A DNA stretch of 64,000 nt from Callorhinchus milii (GCF_018977255.1 NW_024704742.1:20028001-20092000); one strand, 5' to 3'; numbered from the stretch's first letter, positions 37,486 through 51,390 are shown. Numbers and translations: made by a program. Notes: a model not told the origin generated them from the letters alone.

Positions 37486-38032
37486 ACAATAATAATAATA
37501 ATAATCCTTGCATTTTGATATAGCGCTTTTCACATCTTCTAGACGTCTCAAAGTGCTTCACAGAATATACTGTAAAGTGAATTGACTGTATATTTGTGGG
37601 CAAAATGCGGCAGCCAATTGTGCACAGCAATGGCAATCCTTTTAAGCCAGTCGAATGGCAAGCTTTGTAATATCAATTGTGAAGTAAATATTTCAGGAAA
37701 GCATTTTCACTGTCACAACTAACCACTTTTCTGAATACATTTACCCTCAACAATGCATGTTATGCAGACAAATAATAACTTGTGTCATAAAAACTGGAGC
37801 AAGAACAGTGCTCTGCTGTCTGGGACACAATAGATCTTCTATGAATCTTATGCACTTATCCTGGCATTAAATCGTGGATTGAAATGACCAATTTATTATT
37901 GTTTTTTTTCTTGAGGGATTATTATTAGGGCGTGTGGAGTAAGGAAACTTGCCCAAGGTTTCACCCTGCTGGGAATCGAACCCAGGTCTCTTGCTTGCAA
38001 AGCGAGTGCTCAAACCACTGAGCTACAGGACT
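37486..38032 (-). mobile_element. tRNA-Ala SINE carrying a 243-bp foreign insert (37631-37873)
   Basis: SINE halves on both sides of the insert rejoin with ~12-16 bp lost. Confidence 0.92.
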
Positions 38033-39002
38033 AAGGGAGTTAACAAGGATGGATTCCAATCAAGCTTGTTTGGAGTTCTAGCCCTGAGTGCTATTTGGGT
38101 ACCGGGCACAGGCTAATGACACCAGTATAAACTGGGGGCTAGTGCCTACATTAATCCAAAGTCTGGAGAAGAAGGATGTGTAAAAAAAATGGTAGTGTTC
38201 CCTTTTTGTTGTTAAAACTATTGTGCAAGTTTTGTTTTTGGGTGTGACTGATGCCTTTCTACAGAAAGATTGATGGATATCAGTGGACTGAATTTTCAGA
38301 AAGCTTTTCACAGAGTGCCATAGAATACCAGGTATTACCAGGTACAATTAAGATCCATTCAATTCAAAATACTACTGTGGCATAGATAGGAAATTGGCTG
38401 TGGAGTCAGCAAGTTGGGATACCAGGGATTTTCTCTGATTGTCAAGCAGTGCCAAGGCTTGGTTATGGCCCCCTAGATTTTTATGTTATCTATAAATGGT
38501 CTGAATTCAGGAATTGGGGGAAGAATATTCCCAAGGTTGATGATGAGGTGTCCTAAATTTCCTAATTTGCATTTAAAAATGCAAAGGGCCACAGACAGAT
38601 TAAACAAATGGTGAGAACAGTGGCAGATGGAGTTCAACACAACAAGGGTACACCTTCAAAACAAGATTGGAAAGTTAGGGCATACTCTGAGTGGGGAAGC
38701 AATAAGAGGAATAGTTAAGCAAATTTGATTTGTGAGAATTGTTTTATGCCCTTATGGTAGATTTAATGCCAGGATAAGTGCATAAGATTCATAGAAGATC
38801 TATTGTGTCCCAGACAGCAGAGCACTGTTTTTGCTCCAGTTTTTATGACACAAGTTATTATTTGTCTGCATAACATGCATTGTTGAAGGTAAATGTATTC
38901 AGAAAAGTGGTTAGTTGTGGCGGTGAAAATGCTTTCCTAAAATATTTACTTCACAATTGATATTGCAAAGCTTGCCATTTGACTGGCTTAAAAGGATTGC
39001 CA
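37631..39002. repeat. 243-bp inverted repeat (37631-37873 versus 38760-39002)
   Basis: Reverse-complement match with ~7 substitutions counted by eye. Confidence 0.95.
38230..38700 (+). mobile_element. decayed CR1 RT fragment
   Basis: FQKAF..VP, WI.NWL, VPQG-like and WQMEFN remnants. Confidence 0.65.
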
Positions 39003-39559
39003 CAAATGTGATTTCTTCCAAATGTTTGTATGAAAATGTAATGGGATGTGTTAAATCATACAAAAGGCATTTTCATGTATTATGGCAAATGTAACATCAG
39101 ACATTTGATAAAATGCTGGTGAAATTTCTTATTTTCTTTGCAAAGCTTAAATGCTTTTCTCCCACACGGCAGCAATGGAGGAGAGGTTGTGTATCGCAGG
39201 AAACTTCATCATCATTACTCCAAAAGTACAAAAACATCTTCATTTATTTACCAAAGGCTTGAAAAGTATGACCTTGTCTGCAACCTTCACTGGATAAAAT
39301 GTGCCCTGGTTTGCTCAGACCCATTGTGCTGTCAAAAAATATTAACATTTCCACATATGATCCCTGATGTAGATAACCCCTGCTAATCGAGTAGAGCTTT
39401 GTGGCTTGGCTAATGGATTCAACTTTACAGTCGCTGCACTTTCCTTTCAGTTTCAGCAATGACCGTGAAAGTCAGCATGTAGGAGTGGTCAGTAAGGTCT
39501 ATGGTAAAATTAAAATAAATCTCCAAAATGTTTCTCCCCTGAAGGTGCTGACACACGCT

Positions 39560-40280
39560 GGGGTTCAATCTTGATGTGTGGTCCTAGACAGTGAATGCTG
39601 ACAACTCGCAATGTGAGGCAGCAATAAACCAGGCAAATGGGATGCTGGGCTGCATTGATAACTCAGGTCCTAAAAGAGAGCTTGAATAGGGTATGGACAT
39701 GGGCTGATAACTGTCAAATCAAGTTTAATACCAATAAATTGCAAGGTACCACACATAAGATCCAAGAATAGGAGACAGGTACTCCATTAATGAGATTGGA
39801 TTTGCCAAGGGACCAGCTGAAAGAGATCTTGGGGTGTTAGGCGACTCGTTGTTCACAATGTCAAATAATGTGAGGCAGCAATAAACAAGACAAGCAGGAT
39901 GCTGGGCTGTATTGATAAATCAGTTCAGTTTAAATCTACAGATGTCCAATATTAGAGAATAAACTACGAGCAGTAACTTGTCTGCATTGATTCAGAGAGG
40001 CCTTCAGAGAGATTGAAAAAGTAAACCCAGATCATTACTTCAGTAGAACAAGAGGACATGGGTTTAAAGTTGTAAATGGCAATTTCAGGACAGATACCAG
40101 GATGGTTTTCTTTACAAAGAGAGTAATCCACGACTGAAGGTTACCCGGAAACATGCTGTATGCTAGGACACTGGACTCATTTAAAAAAACAGTGATGGGG
40201 GACTGCAGTGTGAGTATTCTGGAGGGATGGGATTGGATGGACTGAAGGACCTTCTTCATCCAGACCAATCTTGTGGTCTT
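39560..40280 (+). mobile_element. CR1 fragments, including the 3' end
   Basis: ERDLGV, QCEAA.NKA..MLGCI (twice), RTRGHGFK, FFT.RV; CR1-like tail. Confidence 0.8.
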
Positions 40281-41504
40281 TTGAACCTGCTTAGCTTTGT
40301 TCTTGTGTTTTATGATGTGATATGTAACCAGTCAAAATCGATTACAATGTTGTTGCTCACTCCTGACCATCTGTATGGAGCTGCTCTGGAGAAATGAGAA
40401 TGAAAGGGGAAAGGAAAACAATTGACAAGAAAGACATCAGTCAGAGGCTCGGAGCTGATGAATTAGTCGAGGGAATTGCCCAGGTAGAGGACAGATGGGC
40501 CAAGTCCTGCCGATAAGACTGCAATGAGCCTGAGGGCGTTATTTGAAAGGAGAACAGAATTTATTCTGGTGACCTGGCTGCCAATCTCACAGTCAAAATT
40601 GGACACTCACTACTTGACTATTTGTGGGTCATTGCTGTGAGCAAATTGACTGCAAATTGAATTTAACTGTCATACACAGTTAAATTCAGAGTAAATCATG
40701 TGAAACACTTTAAGACATCTCGATGAGATGATTAGACATTATATCAAATGCAATGATTGGAATGCTGAATATTTGTTTTCTAGGCTTGATCAGCTGTGGA
40801 GAGGTTAGAATCTGTGCTGTTTCTGGCCCAGGAATTGTTTTCCACTGATCTGTGCATCGGTACAGTGTTGAGTTTACCCCTCCTTATCAGATCAACCCTG
40901 CAAAACAAATATTCAGTGAATAAAATTGGGTTTGAAGCCCCACTGGCAGCTGGCATTTATGTTATAGGCAGCTCGTCCCAAGGGAAAATAAAGATGGCAG
41001 CAATCCAGGTGTGACATTAAGAGACTGTTTCCTGAGAGGGGAGTGCTGATAACTAGTGATCGTTATGCTGCTGTAACATTGTACAATAATAGTTTAAAAC
41101 AATCGCAAACTTAACCTCAGTGTTTTTGAATAAATATAAATATATTTTTCATATAACAATTAGTTTCCTGCACAAATTTTAAAATTCCTTAATTTTAACC
41201 TGTCTTTATAATACTAAAAATCTGTGCATTTGATGGAGCGCTTTCACCTTATCACGTCATTGAGACGTTGAAAAATGTTTCATAGGATGTACTGTAAAGT
41301 GTGTGTTTACTGTGACTGTATTTAGTGGCCAAACACTTTACAGGAGAAACAGAAAATCAGGAGGGTCATTCCTGGGTTCCCCTCGCTCTCTCTCTCTCTC
41401 GCACATGCATGCACGCACGCACGCACACACGCACACACACATGGATCTATGGATTTAGAATAACCGAACACAAGGCACACGGCTGCAGCTGAAGGCCAGA
41501 GAAG

Positions 41505-42075
41505 AACTATCCTCTGGGAGGGTGGGGAGATGGTAAGCACGGTTCTCTTTAAAGCTGAGCTGGGTCCACGGTGATGTGTGTGGCAACACAATTTTATGTG
41601 CCACTCAATCCTATGTGCCAGCCTCAATCTGAGCCAGATGGGTTCACAGTGTGATGATACACCAGCCAGTGTGACTCAGTGGCAGGAAATGGATATGGGG
41701 GCCAATTATTATTGGGGCAGAGAATCTTCTTACTTGACTCCCGTTAGTCCTGTAAATCAAAGTCCTACAGGTAGGGTGGTCCTAGCTGGAGACGCAGTGG
41801 GTAAGCTTGCCAGGCAGTGCTTTCAACGCAAGCTATGTAGTTTTAGTTAGTTGAACTGCAACAGTACCCCAATGTATACTCTGGGATCCTCAACATTGGC
41901 TCTTGCCAACCTGCACCTAATAGTCTCTGATATTATGGAGAGAGTGTGCATTCTATTCCAATAAAGTTTCCGTGTGCAGGTGGCATCATATGTGGAACTC
42001 TCAGTCTGGTTTGGTTACTCTTAGGCATGGTGATGTGTTTTCACATATATCAGACACCTGGCTGACCAAATAAAA
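41505..42075 (+). mobile_element. family X retroposon, ~570 bp
   Basis: Reverse complement is collinear with 63270-63840; ends gctgaccaaataaaa. Confidence 0.75.
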
Positions 42076-42949
42076 GCCAGTGGGGGAAAAACAATGATAA
42101 AGGATAATCTGCTTTCAAGCTCCCGTGTGACACTGTGGGGTCCAAAATATTGTCAGCAGGATTTGGAAATATTCACAAATATTGAGTACAGGTGTAACCA
42201 GATGTGCATCACATTGACTTTCAGGAAGTCTGTTGTGGCACAATCTTGCTCTGAGTGAGTTGAAGTGATCCCGAGGGTCTGTATGACACATGTCTGGTCA
42301 TAAGCAAGATTCAACGTTGGAAAATCCTGTTGCAATTGTTAAATTTTTGACCCTCTTCATTACAACTTATTGGTTTTGATGTACAGGAGTGGCCTGGGCG
42401 AGGAGAAGGTGTGTTCGATCAAAACTCACCTTTGATTTTCTCTTAAAGGTACGTTTTGAGATGTGCCTTGAAAGAGGGAAGCAAGTAGATAATACATCAG
42501 TGAAATTTAGTCAGTTATTTCCTTTCGTTTTGTCCATTTTTTTCCTCTAACATATGGAGATTGTATTGCTGACTAAGCAAATATCCTGTTTAAAACAATA
42601 TTTTGATTACCAGGGAGCCTATTACTTTACATGGATTATATTCACAGTCCAAAGTCTGTGCAAGCCTTGAAGTGTTGGACCTTACCATGTGCAGGCTCTC
42701 TTGCATTACTTTTCATGTTTTAGTTTGAATTAGCAGCATTGAGCTGTAATTGTTGTTTTAAAGTCACAGCAGCTAACAAGCAGGGCAATTGCTCCTTGTG
42801 TAGTGCTTCCTTACAGTTTCTTCTGTAGGTTTTACAGCAGTTCCAACTTTTTGCTCTTGCATTTGTTTCCCTTTTAAATTTAGGGGTAACATTTAAAGTT
42901 AAACGTTCCCCCTGAATTTCAAAGAGTGTAGCCTCTAGCATTAGTGCTA

Positions 42950-43270
42950 TAATATAATAATCCTTGCATTTGATATAGCGCTTTTCACGTCGGGAGGACG
43001 TCCCAAAGCGCTTCACAGAACACACTGTAAAGTGAATTGACTGTATATTTGTGGGCGAATGCGGCAGCCAATTGCGCACAGCAATGTCCCACAAACAGTC
43101 GTTGATTGAAAATGACCAATTTCTTATTGTTTTTGGTTTTGGAGGGATTATTATTAGGCTCTGTGTGGAGTAAGGAAACTTGCCCAAGGTTTCGCCCTGA
43201 CCTGCCTGGAATTGAACCCAGGTCTCTCGCTTGCAAAGCGAGTGCTCTAACCACTGAGCTACAGGACTCC
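42950..43270 (-). mobile_element. tRNA-Ala SINE, short subfamily, full length and young
   Basis: Intact A and B boxes; ctcgc-tttgcaa-gcgag anticodon arm. Confidence 0.95.
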
Positions 43271-44274
43271 ACCGTATAATACCGTATAAGGAACCATTAA
43301 GCCACACTAAAATATTAAAAAAGATTAAGGAACACTGTAATGCAACTGCAATTTACATTAATACATTCACATTCATTTATGATGATAATAATCATTGTAT
43401 ATAAAATAATGACTACTTATATCAATGTTTCAAAGCTCTTCAAAGTTTTTTTTTCCCCCCTGTAAGGTTTTATTTTCCTGTGAGGTGACTGTGTATTTGC
43501 AGGTAAACATGGCATCCAATTTTGCACAGCAATGCCCCACAAGCAGCCATGGAGTGAATGACCATTTTATTTTTAATCTGGGGAATTGCTGAGCAGGACC
43601 CCCATAAAATGTTTTTTTTTCCAAATAATAGGAATGGGTTCTTTAATGTCCAATTGAACAGGCAGACAACTGAAGAATGGCACCTTGGACAATGCAATGC
43701 TTTCCCCACAAGGCACTGAGGTGTCAGCTCAGACTATGGAAAAAAAAACTGCAAATTTTCCCCTGTAGGATAGTTGTGGTGCATAATATCACATCACATT
43801 TTTCACACAACTCATTTTTTTCATCCCATAACTTTGTTTCCAACAAAATTACGAGTAAAGTGTCAGAAATCAAGTGTTGGGTAGATTCCTATCATATTGA
43901 AGGCAGTGAACATCCTGATAATACAATACATTATTTTCCACTAATGCACTTTATTTCTGTTGAGACCTTACATTTTATTTCTAGGAAAAAAAAATTGGTC
44001 ATGTTGTGCAATGTGATGTCCCATGATCGAACGCGATGGCTTAAAATTGCAGCTGTAAAAGAAAATAACTGGCTGTAATACAATGTCTGGCACCTGATAA
44101 CTAAAAGGGTTGAGCTTCATTTTTTGCTGTGTATTACCAGAACCTTGTATCAAATGGGAACAAGCTATTATTTTCTCTTTATTGAGAAAGCTCTGTTCAC
44201 ATGCTCTTAACTAATTTGAAAAGAGATTTACTAAGAGACCGAAAACTGGTTGCCTATGTTCTTGGAGCTTTGCT

Positions 44275-44600
44275 GCAGCAGCAACAACTTGCATTTATAT
44301 AGCATCCCTCATGCAGTGTAGCATCCCAGAGTGCTTGACAGCAGCAGAGCATGACTTTGAGCCGGGGAGGAGGGGAATGGGACCGTAGGCACGGTTGAAT
44401 AGAGAGGTCTTCAGGCACGATGTGAAGATGGGGAAAGAAGGGGGAGGGATACAGGAAGAATGTTCCAGAGTTTCGGGATGTAGTGGCTAAAAGCGCAGCC
44501 ACTAATGGTGGAACAGAGGGCATGAGGGACATTCAGAAGGTCGGAGCCAGTCCAGCAGTGGCTGTGGGTTGGGGGGTAAGCGTGGCGGAGAGGTTGGGAG
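44275..44600 (-). mobile_element. L2 3' fragment
   Basis: AFSHYIPKLWN motif and L2-type tail. Confidence 0.8.
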
Positions 44601-44954
44601 ATAATGATGATTGCATTATCAGATCCAGTGAGCATATGGTCCACCAAAAACTCACAAACAAGTGTTGCTGCCAGCAACATAAGGCACTTTAATTGAATGC
44701 ATTTAGATGCTGTCACAACAGTGCACCACATTAAAAAAAAGTCTCAACCTGCAAATGTTTAATAATTTAGACCACATCTGTGGACCAACGTGTATTAACA
44801 TAGGTGTGCAAGCTAGTCAATCGGTAAGCTTTCTTTTAAACTGTGCCTGCCTTCTCTCCTCGACTTGGCACCAGGGACAAGTGATCCGAGATGCTACCCT
44901 GTGTGGGGGGTGCTACATAAGTGCAAGACTTTGTTGTTCTAGTGTATGTTTGAA

Positions 44955-46205
44955 CGACATCCTCTCTCTCTCTGTGACCAGGGCTCCCTCTGCATCCTCG
45001 TCCTCCTGGACTTCTCTACCGCTTTCGACATCCTCCTCCACTGCCTTTCCTCCGTCATCCACCTCAGTGGGACCGCACTCGCTTGGTTCGAGTCCTACCT
45101 CACGAACCGCCAGCAGTACATCCCCACAAACGGCTTTTCCTCCCGCTCTCACCCGGTTACCTGCGCGGTACCCCAAGGATCCATCCTTGGTCCCCTCCTC
45201 TTCCCAATCTATATGCTCCCTCTTGGGGATGTCATCCGCAGACATGGGGTACACTTCCACATGTATGCGAACGGCACCCAACTCTATTTTTCCACCTACT
45301 TTGCGACCCCCAGTCTCCGGATGTTCTGTCAGCCTGCTGTCAGACCTCAGGAGCTGGATGAGAGTGAATTTTCTTCAGCTAAATGTTAACAAGATGGAAG
45401 CCATACTATTTGGCTCTCGTGAACGTCTTAAATCACACAGTTCTCGCCTCCTCCACCTACCCGACTTCTTCCTAAACCTCTCCGAACCCATAAGCAACCA
45501 AGTTGTCAGGTTCGACCCCCAATTATCCTTCCTCCCCCGCATCCGATCCCTCACCAGCACTGCTTTCTTCCACCTCCGACGTATCGCCCGTCTCCGCCAA
45601 TATCTCACCCCAAAAGCCGCCGAAACCCTGGTCCATGCCTTCATCACCTCTCAGCTAGACTATTCAAATGCCCTCCTCGCCAGTCTCCCCTCCACTACCA
45701 TTCATAAAATCCAGGTCATCCAGTATTCTGCCATCTGCATTCTTACCTGGACCAAACTCCGCTCCCCGATTACCCCATTCCTTGCCAGACTGCACTGGCT
45801 GCCTGTCCCAGAGAGGATCGATTTCAAGATCCTCACTCTTGTCTTCAAATCCCTCCACTCCTCTGCACCGCCCTACTCTCTGACGTCTCTCCTCACAACA
45901 GTGCCCGTTGCCTTTGCTCTACTGGGTCTGGCCTCCTCTTTGTCTCCCGAAACCTCCACTCCACCATCGGCGGCCGTGCCTTCAGCCACTACGCCCCGAG
46001 GCTCTGGAACTCCCTTCCTCACTCCCTTCACCTCGTCCCCTCTCTTCCTACTTTCAGGTTTCGGCAAAAGGCCTTTCTTTTCGACCGAGCCTTTGGTCAC
46101 CTCCCTCCCCCTCCCCCTGGCTCAGCCCCAGGATCCGTTATTGTGAAGCGCTATGAGACACCGTCCGGCATGGAGGGCGCTATTTAAATCGAAGTTGTTG
46201 TTGTT
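44955..46205 (+). mobile_element. L2 LINE, 5'-truncated (RT C-half), frameshifted
   Basis: LLDFSTAFD, VPQGSILGPLLF, LQLNVNK, SQLDYSN, LHWLPV..RIDFK; (TTG)n tail. Confidence 0.93.
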
Positions 46206-46417
46206 ATCTGTCTGTATCATATTTGTGTATATTTGTCTGTCTGTTCAGTCTGCTTGCAGCCCCTTAAATAAAAAGTCTGATTGCTGCAAAAAGAGTAGGA
46301 AGCACCGTTTACTTGTCTACTTCAGTACCTGTCTGGCAGGATTCTCATCGATGGCTGCATTGCAAGGCAAATGCGGTCAACTCTCTGTGTGTCTGCTTTC
46401 ATGTGTCTCTCTCTCTC

Positions 46418-46830
46418 TACAACAACAACAACAAGATTCCATTTATAAAGCGCCTTTCACGTCAGGAGGACGTCCCAAGGCGCTGCACAGTTGGGTCATG
46501 ACCCGAGCAGGGGGGAAATGGTCAGGGTGAGGGGAGGGAAGGGAGGGAGCGAGGAGGGGGGAAATGGTCAGGGTAAGGGGAGGGAAGGGAGCGAGCGAGG
46601 AGGGGGAAGAGAGTCGAGAGGGGAGCTGAAGGCTTGGTCAAAGAGAAAGGTTTTGAGACCGGCCTTGAAGGAGGAAAGGGAGGAAGCAAGGCGAAGGCAC
46701 TGGGGGATGGAGTTCCAGAGCCTGGGGGCTGAGAGGCTGAAGGCCCGACCACCGATGGTAGGGCGGTTGGGGCGGGGGACGTGGAGCAGACCGGAGCCAG
46801 AGGAACGGAGGGTACGGGCAGGTAGGTAGG
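46418..46830 (-). mobile_element. L2 3' fragment with a tandem duplication in its 3' UTR
   Basis: GGRAFSLSAPRLWNS...FKAGLKTFLF; near-identical to 50750-51097. Confidence 0.92.
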
Positions 46831-47139
46831 GGAATACTAGTTTATTTTTGTCTGGGTGCATCTGTTTGTGAAGGTGACTCTAATTCTGTGTTTATGTATC
46901 CTATATGGCATTGTAGGTGCTATGTCAAATGCATGGATTATTATTCTTAGGAAGTAAGGTTACTAAGTGGTGTCGCAGTGCGATTGGAAGATTTGCCATG
47001 ATTTTGTGAGCTTGCATTTAGAGAGTGCATTCATGCAGGGTAGTGTACCAGCGTACTTTAAAGAGAACAGACTCGATGGGATGATTGGCTTCTTTCTGTT
47101 TCCATGTTATCTATGTGTTTGTATTTATTTATCCCTGGA

Positions 47140-48345
47140 GGGACTGTGGAATGGAGTTCCAGACGGTGGGGGCAGAGTGGCAAAGGCCTGCCTGCCAAAT
47201 GTTGGGGTGGGCGAGGCGGGGGACTTGAAGCAGGCTGGAGTCTGCTGAGCGGAGGGAGCAGGCAGGATGGAAGAGGAAGTCACTGAGGTAGGGGGAGCAA
47301 GACCATGGAGGGCTTTGAAGTTGAGGACCAGGATCTTGAACTGTATCCTTTGTGTGATGGAAGGCCAGTGGAGTCGGGTGATAATGGAAGTGATAGGGTC
47401 ACGGAGCTTGGTGTGGGAGAGGTCACGGGCTGCAGAGTTCTGGATGATCTGCAGTCTGTGGAGGGAGGAGTTGGGGAGACCAACAAGCAATGAGTTTGCA
47501 TAGTTCAGCCTCGATGTAATGAATGTGTGTATGAGGGTTTTGTCGGCCTGCGGTGTGAGACGGTAGCGGAGCCTGGAGATGTAATGGAGGTAGGGGAAAG
47601 CAGTGTGGGTCATAGCACGGATGCTAGGTAGAAAGGATAGTTGAGGGTCAAACAAGACACCAAGGCTCTGAACTGGCTTAGCAAGGTGGAGTGTGCAACC
47701 ATGAATGGTGATTCTGTCAGTACCTGAGGTGAGGAGGTGAGGACGGGAGCCAATCAGGAGAGCCTCGTCTTGACGTTCAACTGAAGAAAGTTAGCTCTCA
47801 TCCAGGACTTGATGTCCAACAGAATGTCCTGGAGTCAAGGGTGGAGGCAGAGAGATAGAGTTGGGTGTCATCCGCATCATGTGTAAATTGACTCCATGTC
47901 TGCGGATGATGTACCAAGAGGGAGCATATAGATATTGAAGAGGAGGGGACCAAGGACAGAGCCCTGAGGAACGCCGCACGAGACAGTGTGGGGGCTGGAG
48001 GAGAAACAGTATGTAGAGATGAAGTGGAGGCGGTGTGAGAGGTACGATTTGAACCAGTAAAGGACAGAGCCATGAAGATTTAGGTGAGGAGAGGCGGTGG
48101 GTGAGGATAGAGTGGCCAATGGTGTCGAAGGCAGCAGAGAGGACGAGGAGAAAGAGAGAGCCCTGGTCGCAGATGGACAAAATGTCATTTGTCACTTTGA
48201 CGAGGGCTGTTTCTGTGCTGTGAGCATGTAAACCCGATTGGAGGGGTTTGTGAAGCGTAGCGGGCTAGGAAGGAGCGAAGCTGGGAAGCAACAACTTATT
48301 CCAGGACCTAGGAAAGGGAGGTTGGAGATGGGCAGTAGTTTGAGA
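47140..48345 (-). mobile_element. L2 internal/3' fragment (RT)
   Basis: [40 protein letters not shown]. Confidence 0.92.
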
Positions 48346-49799
48346 GTTGTCTTTACTGCATATTGTAATTATTTAAGTACCAAATGATAACATATTTGTG
48401 CTACCCATTTGTGAAGACTTTTCATATTGCCACTAGGAGGAGGTCACAAGCAATGCAAATAAGCAAATACAGTGGCTAATATAAGCAATGACAAGTGCTA
48501 TTTTTATTTAAATTTAGGACTGTGAATCAGCCTCTGACGTTCATTCACATTGCTCTCCTTCAGTAAAATCTATAAGAAGTGATAGACATAATTATCTAAA
48601 ATTTAGGAAAACAAGTATCAAAACTAGCTTCAACAACTTGCATTTATACAGCATCCTTACTATAAGGTAATGTTTCAGTCACTTCTCAATGATGTGGTTG
48701 GATGCCAAACAAGTGAGGAGGAGGGGGATGTGATCTTAGGTGAGGTCAAAGAGGTAGGTTTTAAGGTGGAATTTAAAGAAAAAAGAGGGGCCAAACCGAG
48801 CGATAGAGGCAGCTGGGAGGAAATCGTGTCCATTGTTGTTTTTCTGTTTCTTGTTCTACGATGATGAGAGGAAGTAACCTCATTATCTTTAATGCACCAG
48901 GTGATGGCATTTCTTCCCTGGAATCATGTCATACTTCTGGGACTCTGAAGTGAAGACATAGCAGATGTCACGTTTTTTTTTAAAAAATGTGCTAAAATGA
49001 ATCCGCCCCGGCAGACCTTTAGTAACACTGCCAAATTATGACTGCCTTTTGGAGCATCAGTGTAGCTAAAATACGTCAGATAATTTTTGATGTACAACGA
49101 AACACAGTCCTGCACATCATTTATTTTCTGTGTCTTTTTGTTCTCTACCTGTATGTATGTATCTATCGCTTTTGAATCTATCTTGCTGTGTATCTATCTG
49201 CTCCTTGCAGTTTCTCTCTGTAAAACTTTGTTTCCTTATGTTTTTCGTACTTTATCTGTTACTCTCTGCATTCTCCCAGCCCTGGTTATCATCTGTTTCA
49301 CAAATGCATGCTATTTGTGGAGCCTATTCATTGTGCCACAGCAGCTGTGGCTGCAAACATGACGGCTGGCATTGTTGGAGCCATCCCTCTGTTGCTATTC
49401 ATCCTTGAACCATCAGGTTGATCGATCAATGGATGTGGGCTTCTGTTTACTATCTGAAGCTCATAGGTCTGCTCTCAAGGAGATAAAAGCGGACCATTGC
49501 AATTAAGTCTCCTGCAGAGTAATGCAGTGTCTGGTTGATGGCTGTGATGGATGAATCCTCAGTAGAATAAATCCTGCTTAATGTACATACTAAGAGATCA
49601 AACCTGTGACCGTTTCTACCCTATGCATTTATAGGATGAGGACTACTTCCAGTAAATGGACACAAGTCCGGCATATTATGACAGGGATTCCACTCCAGAA
49701 ATAAATCACGAAAGAGAGGGGTTCCTGTAATTCAGCATAACACACTCCCAATTTCCTATTTAAGGAATTCCATAGAAACCCTTGCACATTAGATCCCAG

Positions 49800-49900
49800 T
49801 AAAGCAAGAAGTTATCCACTGGAAGGTATTACATGGGGTGGCTCAGGGGTCAGTACTGGGATCTCTACTGTTCCTCATGTATATTAATGACCTGGATCCA
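49800..49900 (+). mobile_element. CR1 RT fragment
   Basis: GVAQGSVLGSLLFLMYINDLD. Confidence 0.75.
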
Positions 49901-50009
49901 CTGTTGCCATGTCAGGCAATAATCCTTGCATTTGATAGAGTGCTTTATCACATTGTCAAGATGTCTCAATGTGCTTCATGGGATTTTACTGTGAAATGCA
50001 GTTATTGTC

Positions 50010-51097
50010 TCGTGTGGTGTCCCTCAGGGCTCTGTCCTCGGTCCCCTCCTCTTCACCCTTTATATGCTCCCCCTTGGTGACATCATCCGCAGACATGGGG
50101 TTAACTTCCACATGTATGTGGATGACACCCAACTCTACCTTTCCTCCTCTACCCTCAACTCCATGACCACCGATGTCCTGACAGCTGCCTGTCCGACATC
50201 GAGTCCTGGATGAGAGACGACTTTCTTCAGCTCAACGTGCGAAAAACTGAGGCCCTCCTGATTGGCTCACGTCAGCGCCTCCGCACCTCAGGCGCCGACA
50301 CCATCAGCATCCAAGGCTGCACTCTCCACCTCTCAAAGCCAGTCAGGAACCTCGGGGTTCTGTTCGACCCTGAGCTGTCCTTTCTCCCTCATATTCGCGC
50401 CACAACTGGCACCGCCTTCCATCACCTCCGGAACATCGCCAGACTACGGCACTACCTCACCCCTCACGCTGCTGAACCTCTGGTCCACGCCTTTATCACC
50501 TCAAGGCTGGACTATGGGAACTCTCTCCTCGCCGGCCTTCCCGGCACCTCCCTCCACAAGCTGCAGGTCATTCAGAACTCTGCAGCTCGTGTACTGTCCC
50601 GCACCAGGCTTCGGGACCACATCACTCCCACCCTCGCTCGCCTCCACTGGCTCCCCATCCCCCAGAGGATCGAATTCAAGATCCTCATCCTCACCTACAA
50701 GGCCATTCACGGCCTCGTTCCCTCCTACCTCTCTGACCTACTATCCCCCTACTTACCTTCCTGTACCCTCCGTTCCTCTGGCTCCGGTCTGCTCCACATC
50801 CCCCGCCCCAACCGCCCTACCATCGGTGGCCGGGCCTTCAGCCTCTCAGCCCTGAGGCTCTGGAACTCCATCCCCCAGTGCCTTCGCCGCCTCCTCCCTT
50901 TCCTCCTTCAAGGCCGGTCTCAAGACCTTTCTCTTTGACCGTGCCTTCAGCTCCCCTCTCGACTCTCTACCCCCTCCTCACTCCCTTCCCTCCCCTCACC
51001 ATTTCCCCCCTGCACGGGTCCTGACCCAACTGTACAGCGCCTTGGGACGTCCTCCCGACGTGAAAGGCGCTCTATAAATAGAATGTTATTGTTGTTG
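50010..51097 (+). mobile_element. L2 LINE, 5'-truncated, young
   Basis: [21 protein letters not shown], 242-aa open C-terminal ORF (50210-50938), (TTG)n tail. Confidence 0.95.
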
Positions 51098-51099
51098 TA

Positions 51100-51390
51100 T
51101 TTGTAGGCGAATGCAATGGTAATTGTGTGCACAGCAACAGCCTTGTCCCTGAAACAGCCATGAAATAAGTGGCCAATCTTATTTGGAGGATTATTGGCCA
51201 GGACACCAGGAGAAGCTCTTTTCTCTTTTCAAAGAGCGCAATGGGATCTTAACCGTCCATCTGAACCAGCGGAGGGGACCTCGGTTTAACATCTCATCCA
51301 AAGGACGGCAGCTCTGACTTTCAAAGTCCCAACGTGGTGTTTGAGTCCACAACCTTTGATTCAGAGACAGAAGGTTGTGGTTGTATCTGA
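51100..51390 (-). mobile_element. DeuSINE fragment
   Basis: Reverse-complement Deu motifs (ttggccaggacacc, atgggatctt, ctcggtttaacatctcatcc). Confidence 0.8.

Noticed and set aside
42720..43307. Recurrent short ORFs (…CCAQLAAAFAHKYTVNSL…) as a peptide gene family
   Set aside because: Translations of SINE copies
44707..46146. 479-aa ORF as a host gene
   Set aside because: Chance read-through across an L2 remnant: partly off-frame and partly L2 ORF2 C-terminus
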